Shown piece after piece: positions 53,518 through 61,470 of a stretch of DNA of 61,470 nucleotides. Source of the stretch: Candidatus Binatia bacterium (GTDB taxonomy: Bacteria; Desulfobacterota; Binatia; HRBIN30); the NCBI GenBank assembly GCA_041497995.1, contig JBGQHM010000001.1:1-61470 (forward strand). The letters run 5' to 3'. Made by a program: the position numbers and the translations under genes. A model generated the notes under the pieces. It saw only the letters and a program-made list of their open reading frames with translations, did no database searches and was not told the origin of the DNA. Each line of letters begins with the position of its first letter. Positions within the stretch are counted from its first letter, which is position 1.

Positions 53518-54378
53518 CTACATCAGCTCCACGATATCGCCCACCGCGACGTGGCCTGCGGCGGCAACGGTGGCGTAGACGCCGACGTTCTGCGCCGCGT
53601 TGCGCACGATCGTGCGCAGCACGCTTGGGTCTTTCACGAGATCGTGCTGCGGCAACGTGGTCATGACGCAGCGGGGGCAGGGCGCTTCGATCTTGAGGCG
53701 TGCGCCGCCGATCTGCAGGGTTTTTCCCAGCCAATCGGTTTCGACCAGGCCGGCTGTGCCGCCGGTCTCCACTACCACGTTCGGCCGAAAGCGGCGCACG
53801 TCAAAGCGGGCGGAAGGATTGTGAGCGCCGAGCGCGGCCAGCGACGCCGTCGTGAGGATGTGCAGCGGAAAGGCGTCGAAGTACGTGCCCAGCGGCGAGA
53901 CGTATTCGAAGAGCTCCGGAGGGAAGATGGACAGGTCGGGCAGCGGCTCGTCTGCGGTACGGCCGAAGAGGGCGCGCAGCTCGGCCATCATGTCCGGGTT
54001 GTCGGGTGTGCCGTGCCGATAGTGCTCGATCGCGCTCGCCGGCTGCAGCGGCCACAGCGTCACGCGCCGGCCGAGCAACGCCGAGAGTCGCGGCGCCGCC
54101 GCGGCGTCATCAGTGCGCAGCCGCTGGTCGTCGGGCAGCGTGATCTCCGCCGGCGGGACCGCGCCCTCGGTGGGCTCACTGAGGTAGCGGGCCGTGCAGC
54201 GCAGCAGATGGGGCAGCTTCTTGGCGCCGCGGATCTCACCCGCTTGTTCATCACGCAGCGCCCAGCCGCGATCGCCGACGACGCCGCGCGGGCCGATTGC
54301 ACCCTGCTCCAACCGTTCGCCGCCCATCGATTTCACGGGGTAGCGCCATACTTCGCTGACTCGTCCGACTGCGGCCAT
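53518..54378 (-). CDS. MOSC domain-containing protein (YcbX-like, with N-terminal beta-barrel)
   Basis: VSEVWRYPVKSMGGERLE...GDRGWALRD N-domain and a C-terminal ...PCPRCVMTT... block typical of MOSC. Confidence 0.85.
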   Translation of the reverse strand: MAAVGRVSEVWRYPVKSMGGERLEQGAIGPRGVVGDRGWALRDEQAGEIRGAKKLPHLLRCTARYLSEPTEGAVPPAEITLPDDQRLRTDDAAAAPRLSALLGRRVTLWPLQPASAIEHYRHGTPDNPDMMAELRALFGRTADEPLPDLSIFPPELFEYVSPLGTYFDAFPLHILTTASLAALGAHNPSARFDVRRFRPNVVVETGGTAGLVETDWLGKTLQIGGARLKIEAPCPRCVMTTLPQHDLVKDPSVLRTIVRNAAQNVGVYATVAAAGHVAVGDIVELM

Positions 54379-54547
54379 GCTTCCTCCTTCGGGGCGACGC
54401 CTCGCGTGCTCGCTGGCTGTGACCTAGCAACGCCTTGGAGCAGAGTCCATCCGGTCAAGGAACCTGCGCCGACGTTTCCGCGACCTGGCGGAGCAAGCGA
54501 GCTGGTCGCCGCCGCGCTGACCAGCCCGCTCTCTCACCTAGTCGTGC

Positions 54548-57433
54548 CTACTGCGGGAGGGTTATGAGCGCATTGGTGGCGCCGTCATGCTCGGCGACCT
54601 GGCAGGCGGCGAGTTCCGCCAGCGTCGCGGCGGTCGTACAGCTCGGTCCCCGCACTACGGGCACGAGGGCGTCCGTACACTTCCCTGCAATTTGCGGCGC
54701 GATCCTGGTTGCGTTCCTCTCGATGGTTGTGCGCTCGGAATTGCCGGGGCACGGAAGAGAAGGATACAGATCATGCTGCGGCAGACACCTCGAGATGATT
54801 CTCAGGCGACTAGTCGTGTAACGCTTCCCGGCGCTGGAGATCGCAGCTTGGCAGCGTTCTTCTGCGGCGCTGCTGAGAATCGTGTCGCGTTGGCCATATT
54901 CCGCGGCCAGTGCGGCATCGACGGACGCTGCGGTGGTGGCGATAACGCAGGCGCTGACGGCTGCGGGTGACGTTGCAGGAGAGCACATGCTCGGCAGTGA
55001 CAAGCTGGCGAGAGCATCGCCCGCACAGTTGAGGCCGATCCTCGTGGCCGCCTTACTGGCAGCGTTTACGACCTTGGCACTCGCGTGTGCATCCGGGCAA
55101 GGGCCGGTGGCCGTCCCTCTGTTGACCGTGTCAATACACCGCTGGAACGCACTGAGTTGCGTCTGAAAGAGCTCAGTGAATCCCTTGCGGATCACGCCCC
55201 GACAACGCTTCTGTTCGGTACTCAGTCCGCATGCAGCGGTGTCAAGTGTGCACTGCGGCGTGCAGGCCAAGCCGGATCCGGAAAGTCCCAGGGACCCACA
55301 GCTCTGGCCTCCGAGATCAATGCCGTCGCATGCTTCGCCGCCGACGCGGATGCCGTTCCCACAGCCGGTGACGCTGCAGTTGGAATCGCAACCGTCCCCG
55401 TCGAGGGTGTTGCCATCGTCGCATTCCTCGGCGGGATCGCGAACCCCGTCCCCACACTCGGTGAGCTTGAATACCTGCTGCTGCGTACCGGCATACAGTG
55501 TGTGCTGGCCGCTGAGAGTGAGATCCTTTGCGCATGGCTGAGCGCGCCCCGAGCCAAAAAGACCCTGGCCGAACGTATTCCAGCTGCGCCCTGCATCCGT
55601 GCTGACGACGACCGTACATCCCAGCGCGGCGTACACGGTGGAGCGGTTCTGCGGGTCGACTAGCACCGCGCCAGCGTCTTCAGAAAGGAGTGCCAGCTTG
55701 AGCGCGAAGGATTGCCCGCCGTCTTCGCTCTTATAGAGTCCCTTCCCGGTGACCGCATACACCACCGCCGCATCAAGCAGGTCAGTCGCGAGCCCCAAGA
55801 CGGCGGTGGCCGGAGATTGAGTCGGGCTCCACGAAGCGCCGGCGTCGGTGCTTTTGAGTATTCTACCGGTTGGCGGAATGGCGCTGTACGTTCCGGCGTA
55901 GAGCGTGGAGGGATTCTGCCGGTTGATCGTGAATGCCCACACCCGCTCAGTAAGGGGAAGTCCTCCCGCCACGTTGGACCAGCTCACACCCGCATCAACG
56001 GTTCTGAAGATTTCCGACCCACCCGCGTAAACCACCGCGGCGTTTGTTGGGTTGATGGCAAGCGAGAAAACGCCGACAGGATCTCCCGATGCAAGAGTCG
56101 TCCACGTCGCTCCGCCATCCGTGCTTCTTTCAGCGCCGTTGAAACCCCCGCCGTAAAGGACGGACGGGGTGACCGGATCGATTGCGAGCGGATGATGATA
56201 GAGAGGAAGGCGTTGCCAGGTCGCGCCACCATCGGTGCTCTTGTCCTGAGCGGTGTATACGGTCTGCGGATCACCCGGATCTGCGGCGACGGCCCGTGGG
56301 TTGGTTTCGAACACCCCGGCGCTGCGCTTCGTCCAGCTTTGCCCGCCGTCTGTGCTCTTGAAGATTCCTTCTGAACCGCCTGCGTACAACACGGACGTCA
56401 CGTTCGGATCCACAGCCAGCACACGGAAGCCGCCCGCTGCGGCGGTGGAGATCCAGCTCCAACTAGCCCCCGAGTCAAGGCTCCTGAACACAGCGCCACC
56501 CGCCACCGCATACGCGGTTGACGGGGTTTTCGGATCCAGCGCTAGCGTGGAAACGCACTGATCGAGCGGGCTCTGCGCCCAACTCTGGCCACCATTCGTG
56601 CTCCGGAAGAGCGAACAATTCCCTACCGCATAGGCGGTGCCTGGGGCATCGGCAGCGACCACGAGTTCGCCGACATCGATCTTCGGAAGCCCGACGCTGG
56701 CGGCGCTCCAATCCTGCCCGCCGTTCGTGCTTCTGAACACTGCGCTACTCTTGAGAGCGCTCTCGTCATAGAAACCGATGGCGGCATACACGGTTGCGGG
56801 TACATGCGGGTCGCTGGCGATCGTTCGCACGGCCCGGAACGGCCCCGCCGGGTCCGTTATGCCGCTACTGGCTGCCGTCCAGGTAAGGCCAGCATTGGTG
56901 CTCTTAAAGACGTCGCCCGAAACACTCACCCACGAACCGCCCGAATAGCGTACGCCTAGATAAGTGCCCGCATAAAGTACGGCGGGGTTCTGGCGGTCGA
57001 CGGCGAGCGCGAACGTCGAAGAGCTCGGTGTTCCCACCTGTCCCAGCACGCGCCACGTCGCTCCACCATTCGTGCTACGCGCGACGCTGCCGAAGTCGCC
57101 GACGTACATCGCAGAAGGCGCTGGCGAATCGACGACGATGAGCGACGGACCGTAAAAATCGGATGGAACTGAGTTCTGGGCCGTCCACGTCAAGCCGCCA
57201 TCTGTGCTTCCGTACAGGCGCGAAAGGAGACTGGCGACCAGCACGTCACTCCTCGATGGGTCGACGACGATCGCATCCACGTAGCCGCCGGTTGGCCCAC
57301 CCGTGGGCCGCCAGACGGGTGCGGCCAGAACTCGTGATTCGAGTCCGGTCAGCAGCGTTACCCCGAGTACCACTGAGAGCACGGTTCTGCGGATCCGCCT
57401 GCTGAGGTGCCGACTCCGTGCCTTACCGTGCAT
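54548..57433 (-). CDS. large secreted protein: tandem Asp-box (BNR) beta-propellers + myxococcus-type Cys-rich repeats + Cys-paired helical C-terminal domain
   Basis: Start MHGKARSRHLSRRIRRTVLSVVLGVTLLTG. About 13 S.(D/N).G..W boxes (STDGGLTW, STNGGATW, STDGGQSW and others). Then CGDGVRDPAEECDDGNTLDGDGCDSNCSVTGCGNGIRVGGEACDG. Confidence 0.85.
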   Translation of the reverse strand: MHGKARSRHLSRRIRRTVLSVVLGVTLLTGLESRVLAAPVWRPTGGPTGGYVDAIVVDPSRSDVLVASLLSRLYGSTDGGLTWTAQNSVPSDFYGPSLIVVDSPAPSAMYVGDFGSVARSTNGGATWRVLGQVGTPSSSTFALAVDRQNPAVLYAGTYLGVRYSGGSWVSVSGDVFKSTNAGLTWTAASSGITDPAGPFRAVRTIASDPHVPATVYAAIGFYDESALKSSAVFRSTNGGQDWSAASVGLPKIDVGELVVAADAPGTAYAVGNCSLFRSTNGGQSWAQSPLDQCVSTLALDPKTPSTAYAVAGGAVFRSLDSGASWSWISTAAAGGFRVLAVDPNVTSVLYAGGSEGIFKSTDGGQSWTKRSAGVFETNPRAVAADPGDPQTVYTAQDKSTDGGATWQRLPLYHHPLAIDPVTPSVLYGGGFNGAERSTDGGATWTTLASGDPVGVFSLAINPTNAAVVYAGGSEIFRTVDAGVSWSNVAGGLPLTERVWAFTINRQNPSTLYAGTYSAIPPTGRILKSTDAGASWSPTQSPATAVLGLATDLLDAAVVYAVTGKGLYKSEDGGQSFALKLALLSEDAGAVLVDPQNRSTVYAALGCTVVVSTDAGRSWNTFGQGLFGSGRAQPCAKDLTLSGQHTLYAGTQQQVFKLTECGDGVRDPAEECDDGNTLDGDGCDSNCSVTGCGNGIRVGGEACDGIDLGGQSCGSLGLSGSGLACTPQCTLDTAACGLSTEQKRCRGVIRKGFTELFQTQLSAFQRCIDTVNRGTATGPCPDAHASAKVVNAASKAATRIGLNCAGDALASLSLPSMCSPATSPAAVSACVIATTAASVDAALAAEYGQRDTILSSAAEERCQAAISSAGKRYTTSRLRIISRCLPQHDLYPSLPCPGNSERTTIERNATRIAPQIAGKCTDALVPVVRGPSCTTAATLAELAACQVAEHDGATNALITLPQ

Positions 57434-57734
57434 CGCAATCGCTCCCCTCTGCTGCTGCGCAGCTCCGAAACGGGAGCGGGGCCGTGGGATGCGCACTGCG
57501 ATCAGATTTGCTGGTGTACGCCGTCACGACGGAACGCCCCCCTTTCGTGGATGGTCCCTGATTCGCGAGCCAAGTTGTCAGAACGACAGGCTGACTATAG
57601 CGTACGACGTACCGCTCCCGTCAATACCTCGCGGGAGTTGGTCGAGAGAAGGTGAGGTGCCCTAGCGCGCACGAGGCTGCGACCACCCTGAATTTTGGAA
57701 CGAGGTGGTGCCTGGCCGCGGCAGAGGCACTGAA

Positions 57735-58985
57735 TTAGGTTCCGAAGTCGAAAAGCACCTTCACCGCTCCATGATCGCCTTGGTTGTGGGTATAGAGGAA
57801 TGCGTCCTTGAAATCCTCCAGCCGGAAGCGGTGCGTGATGATTGGTGTGACGTCAACGTGCTTCTGCTGGATCAGATCGAAGTAGTGACGCATGGCGTGC
57901 TGCCGTTTGCCGTTCCATTCTTCGACGCCGAAGGCGTTGGAGCCGACGAGGTTGATCTCCTTGAAGTAGTGCGGCGACCACTCGAAGCGGGCCGGTGTGT
58001 CGACGCCGGACAGGACCACCGTCGAGCGCGGGCCGGCGATGCGAATTGCGACTTCGATGCTTTCTGCCGTGCCCACGGTGTTGTAGATCACGCGCACGCC
58101 GCGTGTGCCGTGCAACATCGGCAGAGCGGGGACGCCTTCGACCGGTGGCAGCACCTCTGCGGCGCCCGTGATGTCTCTGAAGCGTTCGATGATGTGCTCC
58201 GTGGGCCGCCACGGGATCGCTTCGATCGCGCCGAGCTGTTTGGCGAGACGGGTTTGGTGCTCGAAGCGGGTGATGGCGTAGATCTTCACGTCGAAGAGCT
58301 TCGTGAGGATCTCGATGGCGCACAGGCCGAGCGTGCCGCAGCCGTAGACCACGACGATGTCGCCCGGCTGCGGCGGGTGACGCAGGATCGAGTGCAAGCT
58401 CACCGAGAACGGATCGGCCAACACGGCGGCGTCGTCGCTGATGCCATCAGGCACCGGGATCGCCATGCTTTCGTGCGCCGGCAGAAACGGCGCGTAGCCG
58501 CCGGAGGCGTCGCGGCAGGTGCCCGTGTGGATGCCGGCGCACAGGCGCCCGCGCTTGAAGTTGATGCACAGCGAGTACTGCCCGTCCATGCAGGCCTCGC
58601 ACAACGGCGTGACGCCGCGCGGCGCGCAGGACAGCCACGGGTTGAGCACGACGCGCTGGCCGATACGTACGCTCTTCACTTCCGGCCCGACCGCCGCGAC
58701 CGTGCCAACGACCTCATGTCCCATCACCTGCGGAAACGTTGCCAGCGTCGCCAGCGGGCTGTCGATGCCCTCGAAGTCGACGAACACCTGCTTGTAGTCG
58801 CTGCCGCAGATGCCCGTCAGCCGCGTCTTGATCAGCACCCAATCGGGAAACGGGACCCGCAGGTCGGGCACGTCGACGAGCCGCAGCAGCGAGTGCTCAC
58901 CGAGATATGCTTCCTTGTCCTCGCGCGCTTCTTGGATGAGATGGACGATCTCGTTGACGTCAACGTCGAACACCAGTGCCTGCAT
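57735..58985 (-). CDS. zinc-dependent alcohol dehydrogenase (MDR family)
   Basis: GICGSDYK, MGHEVVGTVAAVGPEV, a structural-Zn Cys cluster (C..C..C......C region CEACMDGQYSLC) and the Rossmann motif VVYGCGTLG. Confidence 0.9.
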   Translation of the reverse strand: MQALVFDVDVNEIVHLIQEAREDKEAYLGEHSLLRLVDVPDLRVPFPDWVLIKTRLTGICGSDYKQVFVDFEGIDSPLATLATFPQVMGHEVVGTVAAVGPEVKSVRIGQRVVLNPWLSCAPRGVTPLCEACMDGQYSLCINFKRGRLCAGIHTGTCRDASGGYAPFLPAHESMAIPVPDGISDDAAVLADPFSVSLHSILRHPPQPGDIVVVYGCGTLGLCAIEILTKLFDVKIYAITRFEHQTRLAKQLGAIEAIPWRPTEHIIERFRDITGAAEVLPPVEGVPALPMLHGTRGVRVIYNTVGTAESIEVAIRIAGPRSTVVLSGVDTPARFEWSPHYFKEINLVGSNAFGVEEWNGKRQHAMRHYFDLIQQKHVDVTPIITHRFRLEDFKDAFLYTHNQGDHGAVKVLFDFGT

Positions 58986-59009
58986 GCTACCCTCCTCAGT
59001 TCCATGTGA

Positions 59010-59849
59010 TCACTCTGCGACCCGCCGCCGCGCCGCCTCGATCGCCGCCGCGGGCACCGGGTCCCACCGTGCCGCGCCGCTGCGAAACAATCCGGGGAGC
59101 AGCGACTTGAACAGGAATACCCACGACAGCGACTTCGGCACGGTCATCTCGTAGCGCTTCTTCTCGATGCATTCGAATACCGCGTCGGAGATGACGCTCG
59201 GCGGGTACTTCTTGCCTTGGTAGCGCACCGGCGCCTCGGCGGCGGCTTTGTCCCAAATCTCCGTGTCGATCGGGCCGACGTGGATGACGGCGGGATGAAT
59301 GTTGGAGCCAGCGAGGTCGAGCCACAGGCCTTCGGTGAAGCCGGTGAGCGCGTACTTCGAGGCGGCGTAGACCGTCTCGCGTGGCGGCGGGATCTTGCCC
59401 GCGCCGGAGGAGATGTTGACGATGTAGCCCTCGCCTTGACGCAGCATCGGCTTGAGCGCGGCGACGGTCATGTACGCCGGCGCCAGGAAGTTCACGCGCA
59501 TCGTGTAGTCGATGTCCTCGGCGGTCACGTCGAAGAACTGCTTGTGCTTGGGGATGCCGGCGTTGTTGATCAAGACGTCGAGGCGGCCGAAGCGCTCGCC
59601 GGCCCGCGCGACGACCCGTTCCGCGAAGGGGCGCTCCGCCAGATCACCGGCGAGCGCTTCCACCTCGGCGCCTGCCGATCGGCACTCGGCTGCGACCTGC
59701 TCGAGCAGCGCCGCGCGGCGTGCCGCGATCACCACGTGCGCCCCGCGCCGCGCGAAGTCGATCGCCACCTGCTTGCCGATGCCGGATGACGCGCCGGTAA
59801 TCACCGCCACTTTCCTGCGGTACTCCACTCCGACCTTCTCCTTGTCCAC
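59010..59849 (-). CDS. SDR-family oxidoreductase
   Basis: KVAVITGASSGIGKQVA (TGxxxGxG), NNAG, and YAASKYAL (YxxxK). The start is set at the GTG at 59849; the GTG at 59828 or the far-upstream ATG at 59957 are also possible. Confidence 0.85.
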   Translation of the reverse strand: MDKEKVGVEYRRKVAVITGASSGIGKQVAIDFARRGAHVVIAARRAALLEQVAAECRSAGAEVEALAGDLAERPFAERVVARAGERFGRLDVLINNAGIPKHKQFFDVTAEDIDYTMRVNFLAPAYMTVAALKPMLRQGEGYIVNISSGAGKIPPPRETVYAASKYALTGFTEGLWLDLAGSNIHPAVIHVGPIDTEIWDKAAAEAPVRYQGKKYPPSVISDAVFECIEKKRYEMTVPKSLSWVFLFKSLLPGLFRSGAARWDPVPAAAIEAARRRVAE

Positions 59850-60009
59850 CGAGTCCGTGTGCTGCTGCGGGCGGGAGTCTATCCACGTCGTTGGCTGGTC
59901 GGCAAGAGTGCCTCGTAACTCGTGGCCGGTCTTGGTGGCGCGTCGCCGTGGAATCAAATTCCACGGCTGAGTCGGGCGAAGCCCACTGAATGGGCTGTCG
60001 ATGAAGGTC

Positions 60010-60044
60010 CCCTCTCCCGCGCGCCTTTTCCGCGTGGGAGAGGG
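60010..60044. repeat. REP-like GC-rich hairpin (14-bp stem with one G-T pair, 7-nt loop)
   Basis: CCCTCTCCCGCGCG-ccttttc-CGCGTGGGAGAGGG followed by CTAGGGTGAGGGTG. This is the 'gggagaggg..agggtgaggg' style intergenic palindrome seen in many proteobacterial genomes. Confidence 0.5.
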
Positions 60045-60132
60045 CTAGGGTGAGGGTGCAGAGTTCCGGGACGGGCGCGGCGGCCGCCTGAGCCGTTGGC
60101 CGATCGCGACGAGTTCGTGGTAATCTGAGCAC

Positions 60133-60444
60133 ATGGCTGAGCAGGTTCAGGTTGTGCGTGCGCGGGGCCGCGTGTGGACGGTGGCCAGAATTCGCAAATC
60201 GGCGGCCGACGAGGCGGACTTCCGCTTCTGGTATGACGGGTTGAGTCCCGAGCAACGCGTCGAAGCGGTTGGCGACGCATTGGAGAGTTGCTTGAAGACA
60301 CGGGGTGCCGATGGCGTACCGAGACTACGAAGAGTTCATCGCCGCATTGAATGCCCATGGCGTTCGCTACCTCGTCGTCGGAGCGCACGCGGTCGCGTTC
60401 CACGCTCGGCCCCGCGCAACCAAAGACCTGGACGTCTTGGTTGA
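60133..60444 (+). CDS. small protein upstream of the nucleotidyltransferase-fold gene (antitoxin-like partner); 3' end uncertain
   Basis: The N-terminal about 70 aa look real (VARIRKSAADEADFRFWYDGLSPEQRVEAVGDALESCLK...RLRRVHRRIE). The remainder overlaps the next gene and is Arg/Pro-rich, so it is probably a read-on artefact. Confidence 0.4.
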   Translation: MAEQVQVVRARGRVWTVARIRKSAADEADFRFWYDGLSPEQRVEAVGDALESCLKTRGADGVPRLRRVHRRIECPWRSLPRRRSARGRVPRSAPRNQRPGRLG

Positions 60445-60820
60445 CCCGACCGCAGCGAACGCACGAAAGGTACTGGCCGCGCTGCGAGATTTCTTCGGCG
60501 GCGCAGAGCTTGGGTATTCGGAGCAAGACGTGACCGACCCGCATTGGATCATTCAGCTCGGCGTGGCGCCGGTCAGAATTGACTTGATGTCAGAGATTCC
60601 CGGATTCGGTAGCTTCGACGCCGCGTGGAGGAAGCGCGTCGATGCAACCTTCGGCTCTGTGCCGGCGCACTACATTGGCCTCGACGAGCTCATTGGTGCC
60701 AAAGCGGCGGTTCATCGACCGCAGGACCGAGCGGATCTGCGCATCCTCGAGCGCGCCAAGGGCGGCCCTAGGCTGACGACGCGTTCCCCCCACCGCCGCA
60801 GCAGGACTCGGCGCCGTTGA
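60305..60820 (+). CDS. nucleotidyltransferase-fold protein (MNT/AbiEii-like superfamily, uncharacterised)
   Basis: EEFIAALNAHGVRYLVVGAHAVAFHARPRATKDLDVLVDPT..NA.KVLAAL..F...IQLGVAPVRIDLMSEIPG..F..AW..R. This is a pattern I recognise from small NTase-fold proteins that occur in two-gene cassettes. Confidence 0.7.
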   Translation: MPMAYRDYEEFIAALNAHGVRYLVVGAHAVAFHARPRATKDLDVLVDPTAANARKVLAALRDFFGGAELGYSEQDVTDPHWIIQLGVAPVRIDLMSEIPGFGSFDAAWRKRVDATFGSVPAHYIGLDELIGAKAAVHRPQDRADLRILERAKGGPRLTTRSPHRRSRTRRR

Positions 60821-61162
60821 ACGGCAAGAGTTTGGCCGACCCTTGACGGCGATGTGATCCGGCCCCGACGTACTTCGCGGAGGCACCTTCCTACTCTGCC
60901 GTAGCCCGCACCGTCGAACATTGCACGCCACACATCGCCGATGCTACGCTCACGCGCATCCGGCGAGTGCAGGATGAAGCGAGTCGGTCGAATACGTGTT
61001 GAGGGGCATCGCACAGCTGCCAGGCGATGCGGACCACAGAGCAGTGTGGCGAAGCGGCGGTCCAGTAGCGGATGCGCAATGACCGAATGGTGCGCACCAA
61101 ACAGCGGACCCTCCCGCCCCCGCACGGTGGCCTGCCGACAGGCGCGTGGCACGGGCGAGGGC

Positions 61163-61314
61163 GTGATAGGCCGACCGGCCTATCGGCGGACCGAACGATC
61201 GCGAGCTGTCCGACGAAACCGAGGTGGTGCAAGCACTTGTGGGCAGTATGTTGAACGCCGCACCGGCGTGATAGGCCGACCGGCGCCGCGGGATGCGTGG
61301 TGATAGGCCGACCG
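61163..61314 (+). repeat. three direct copies of GTGATAGGCCGACCG (61163, 61268, 61300)
   Basis: Copies 1 and 2 share 19 nt (GCGTGATAGGCCGACCGGC). Copy 1 is part of the palindrome ATAGGCC-gacc-GGCCTAT (61166-61183). The repeats are followed by an AT-rich patch and a 9-bp hairpin (61339-61368). Confidence 0.6.
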
Positions 61315-61470
61315 ACCTAATTCATGTTGGAACTAAACCGCTGCGCGGTGGGTGTGTCTCGCGCAGCGAGCTACTGATTTCGCCTTCATCTGTGCACAGC
61401 ATTTCGGTGTGAATTCGCCGCACCCGCGGTGGACAATGACCTCCATCACACACCGCGACCTGACCGGCCC

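Noticed and set aside
60821-61160. ORFs of 113-146 aa on both strands downstream of the NTase gene, which could be a gene remnant or a RAYT transposase accompanying the repeats.
   Set aside because: The translations are Arg-rich and lack HUH/Tyr motifs. They overlap each other and the preceding CDS. No support as coding.

Overview
This is a 61.5-kb, visibly GC-rich bacterial chromosomal segment (by eye about two-thirds G+C; not computed). It is densely coding, with about 55 CDS, many joined by ATGA or other short start/stop overlaps. I found no rRNA, tRNA, CRISPR array, transposase, integrase or prophage backbone. Several protein signatures give the impression of a Myxococcota/Binatota/Desulfobacterota-like environmental organism, but this is impression only: CxGDC...DG.VTVNELI dockerin-like tails, myxococcus-type Cys-rich repeats and Asp-box propellers. 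All family calls come from motif recognition by eye; no searches were run.

Content blocks:
- (1) 0-14 kb: a PorB fragment; a DoxX-like / DUF3419(BtaA-like) / diiron-like / cupin operon; a lipase; hemolysin III; a TonB receptor; a secreted phosphoesterase (PLC/AcpA type); an orphan octaheme HAO-like cytochrome; WS/DGAT; and a membrane methyltransferase. This looks like a lipid/phosphorus neighbourhood.
- (2) 16-25 kb, minus strand: a STAND/TPR ATPase, then a 126-aa mini-paralogue of its C-terminus, then two secreted 'tail-fibre' proteins with peptidase-S74 chaperone domains, then a TP-linker/dockerin-like protein.
- (3) 25.5-35 kb: a minor-pilin-only cluster, a PilB/GspE ATPase fused to a double zinc ribbon and a receiver domain, and a convergent REC-PAS-GAF histidine kinase.
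- (4) 35-44 kb: a P-type ATPase, DksA/TraR, a PRTase, small unknowns, and an HDAC-like gene coupled to an unknown gene.
- (5) 44-49.5 kb: a five-gene coupled operon of AMP-ligase, E1alpha, E1beta, E2 and ACP, with no E3.
- (6) 50.9-53.2 kb: a 486-aa protein carrying all three archaeo-eukaryotic primase (AEP) motifs, coupled to a xylose-isomerase/EndoIV-fold TIM barrel.
- (7) 53.5-61.5 kb: MOSC, an Asp-box/Cys-repeat giant, ADH, SDR, a nucleotidyltransferase-type pair, and short intergenic repeats.

Best candidates for an undescribed system, in order:
1. The non-phage S74-fibre cassette with its STAND regulator pair.
2. The PilB-zinc ribbon-REC fusion with its kinase and minor pilins.
3. The bacterial PriS-like AEP / TIM-barrel pair.
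4. The E3-less 2-oxoacid dehydrogenase-ACP operon.
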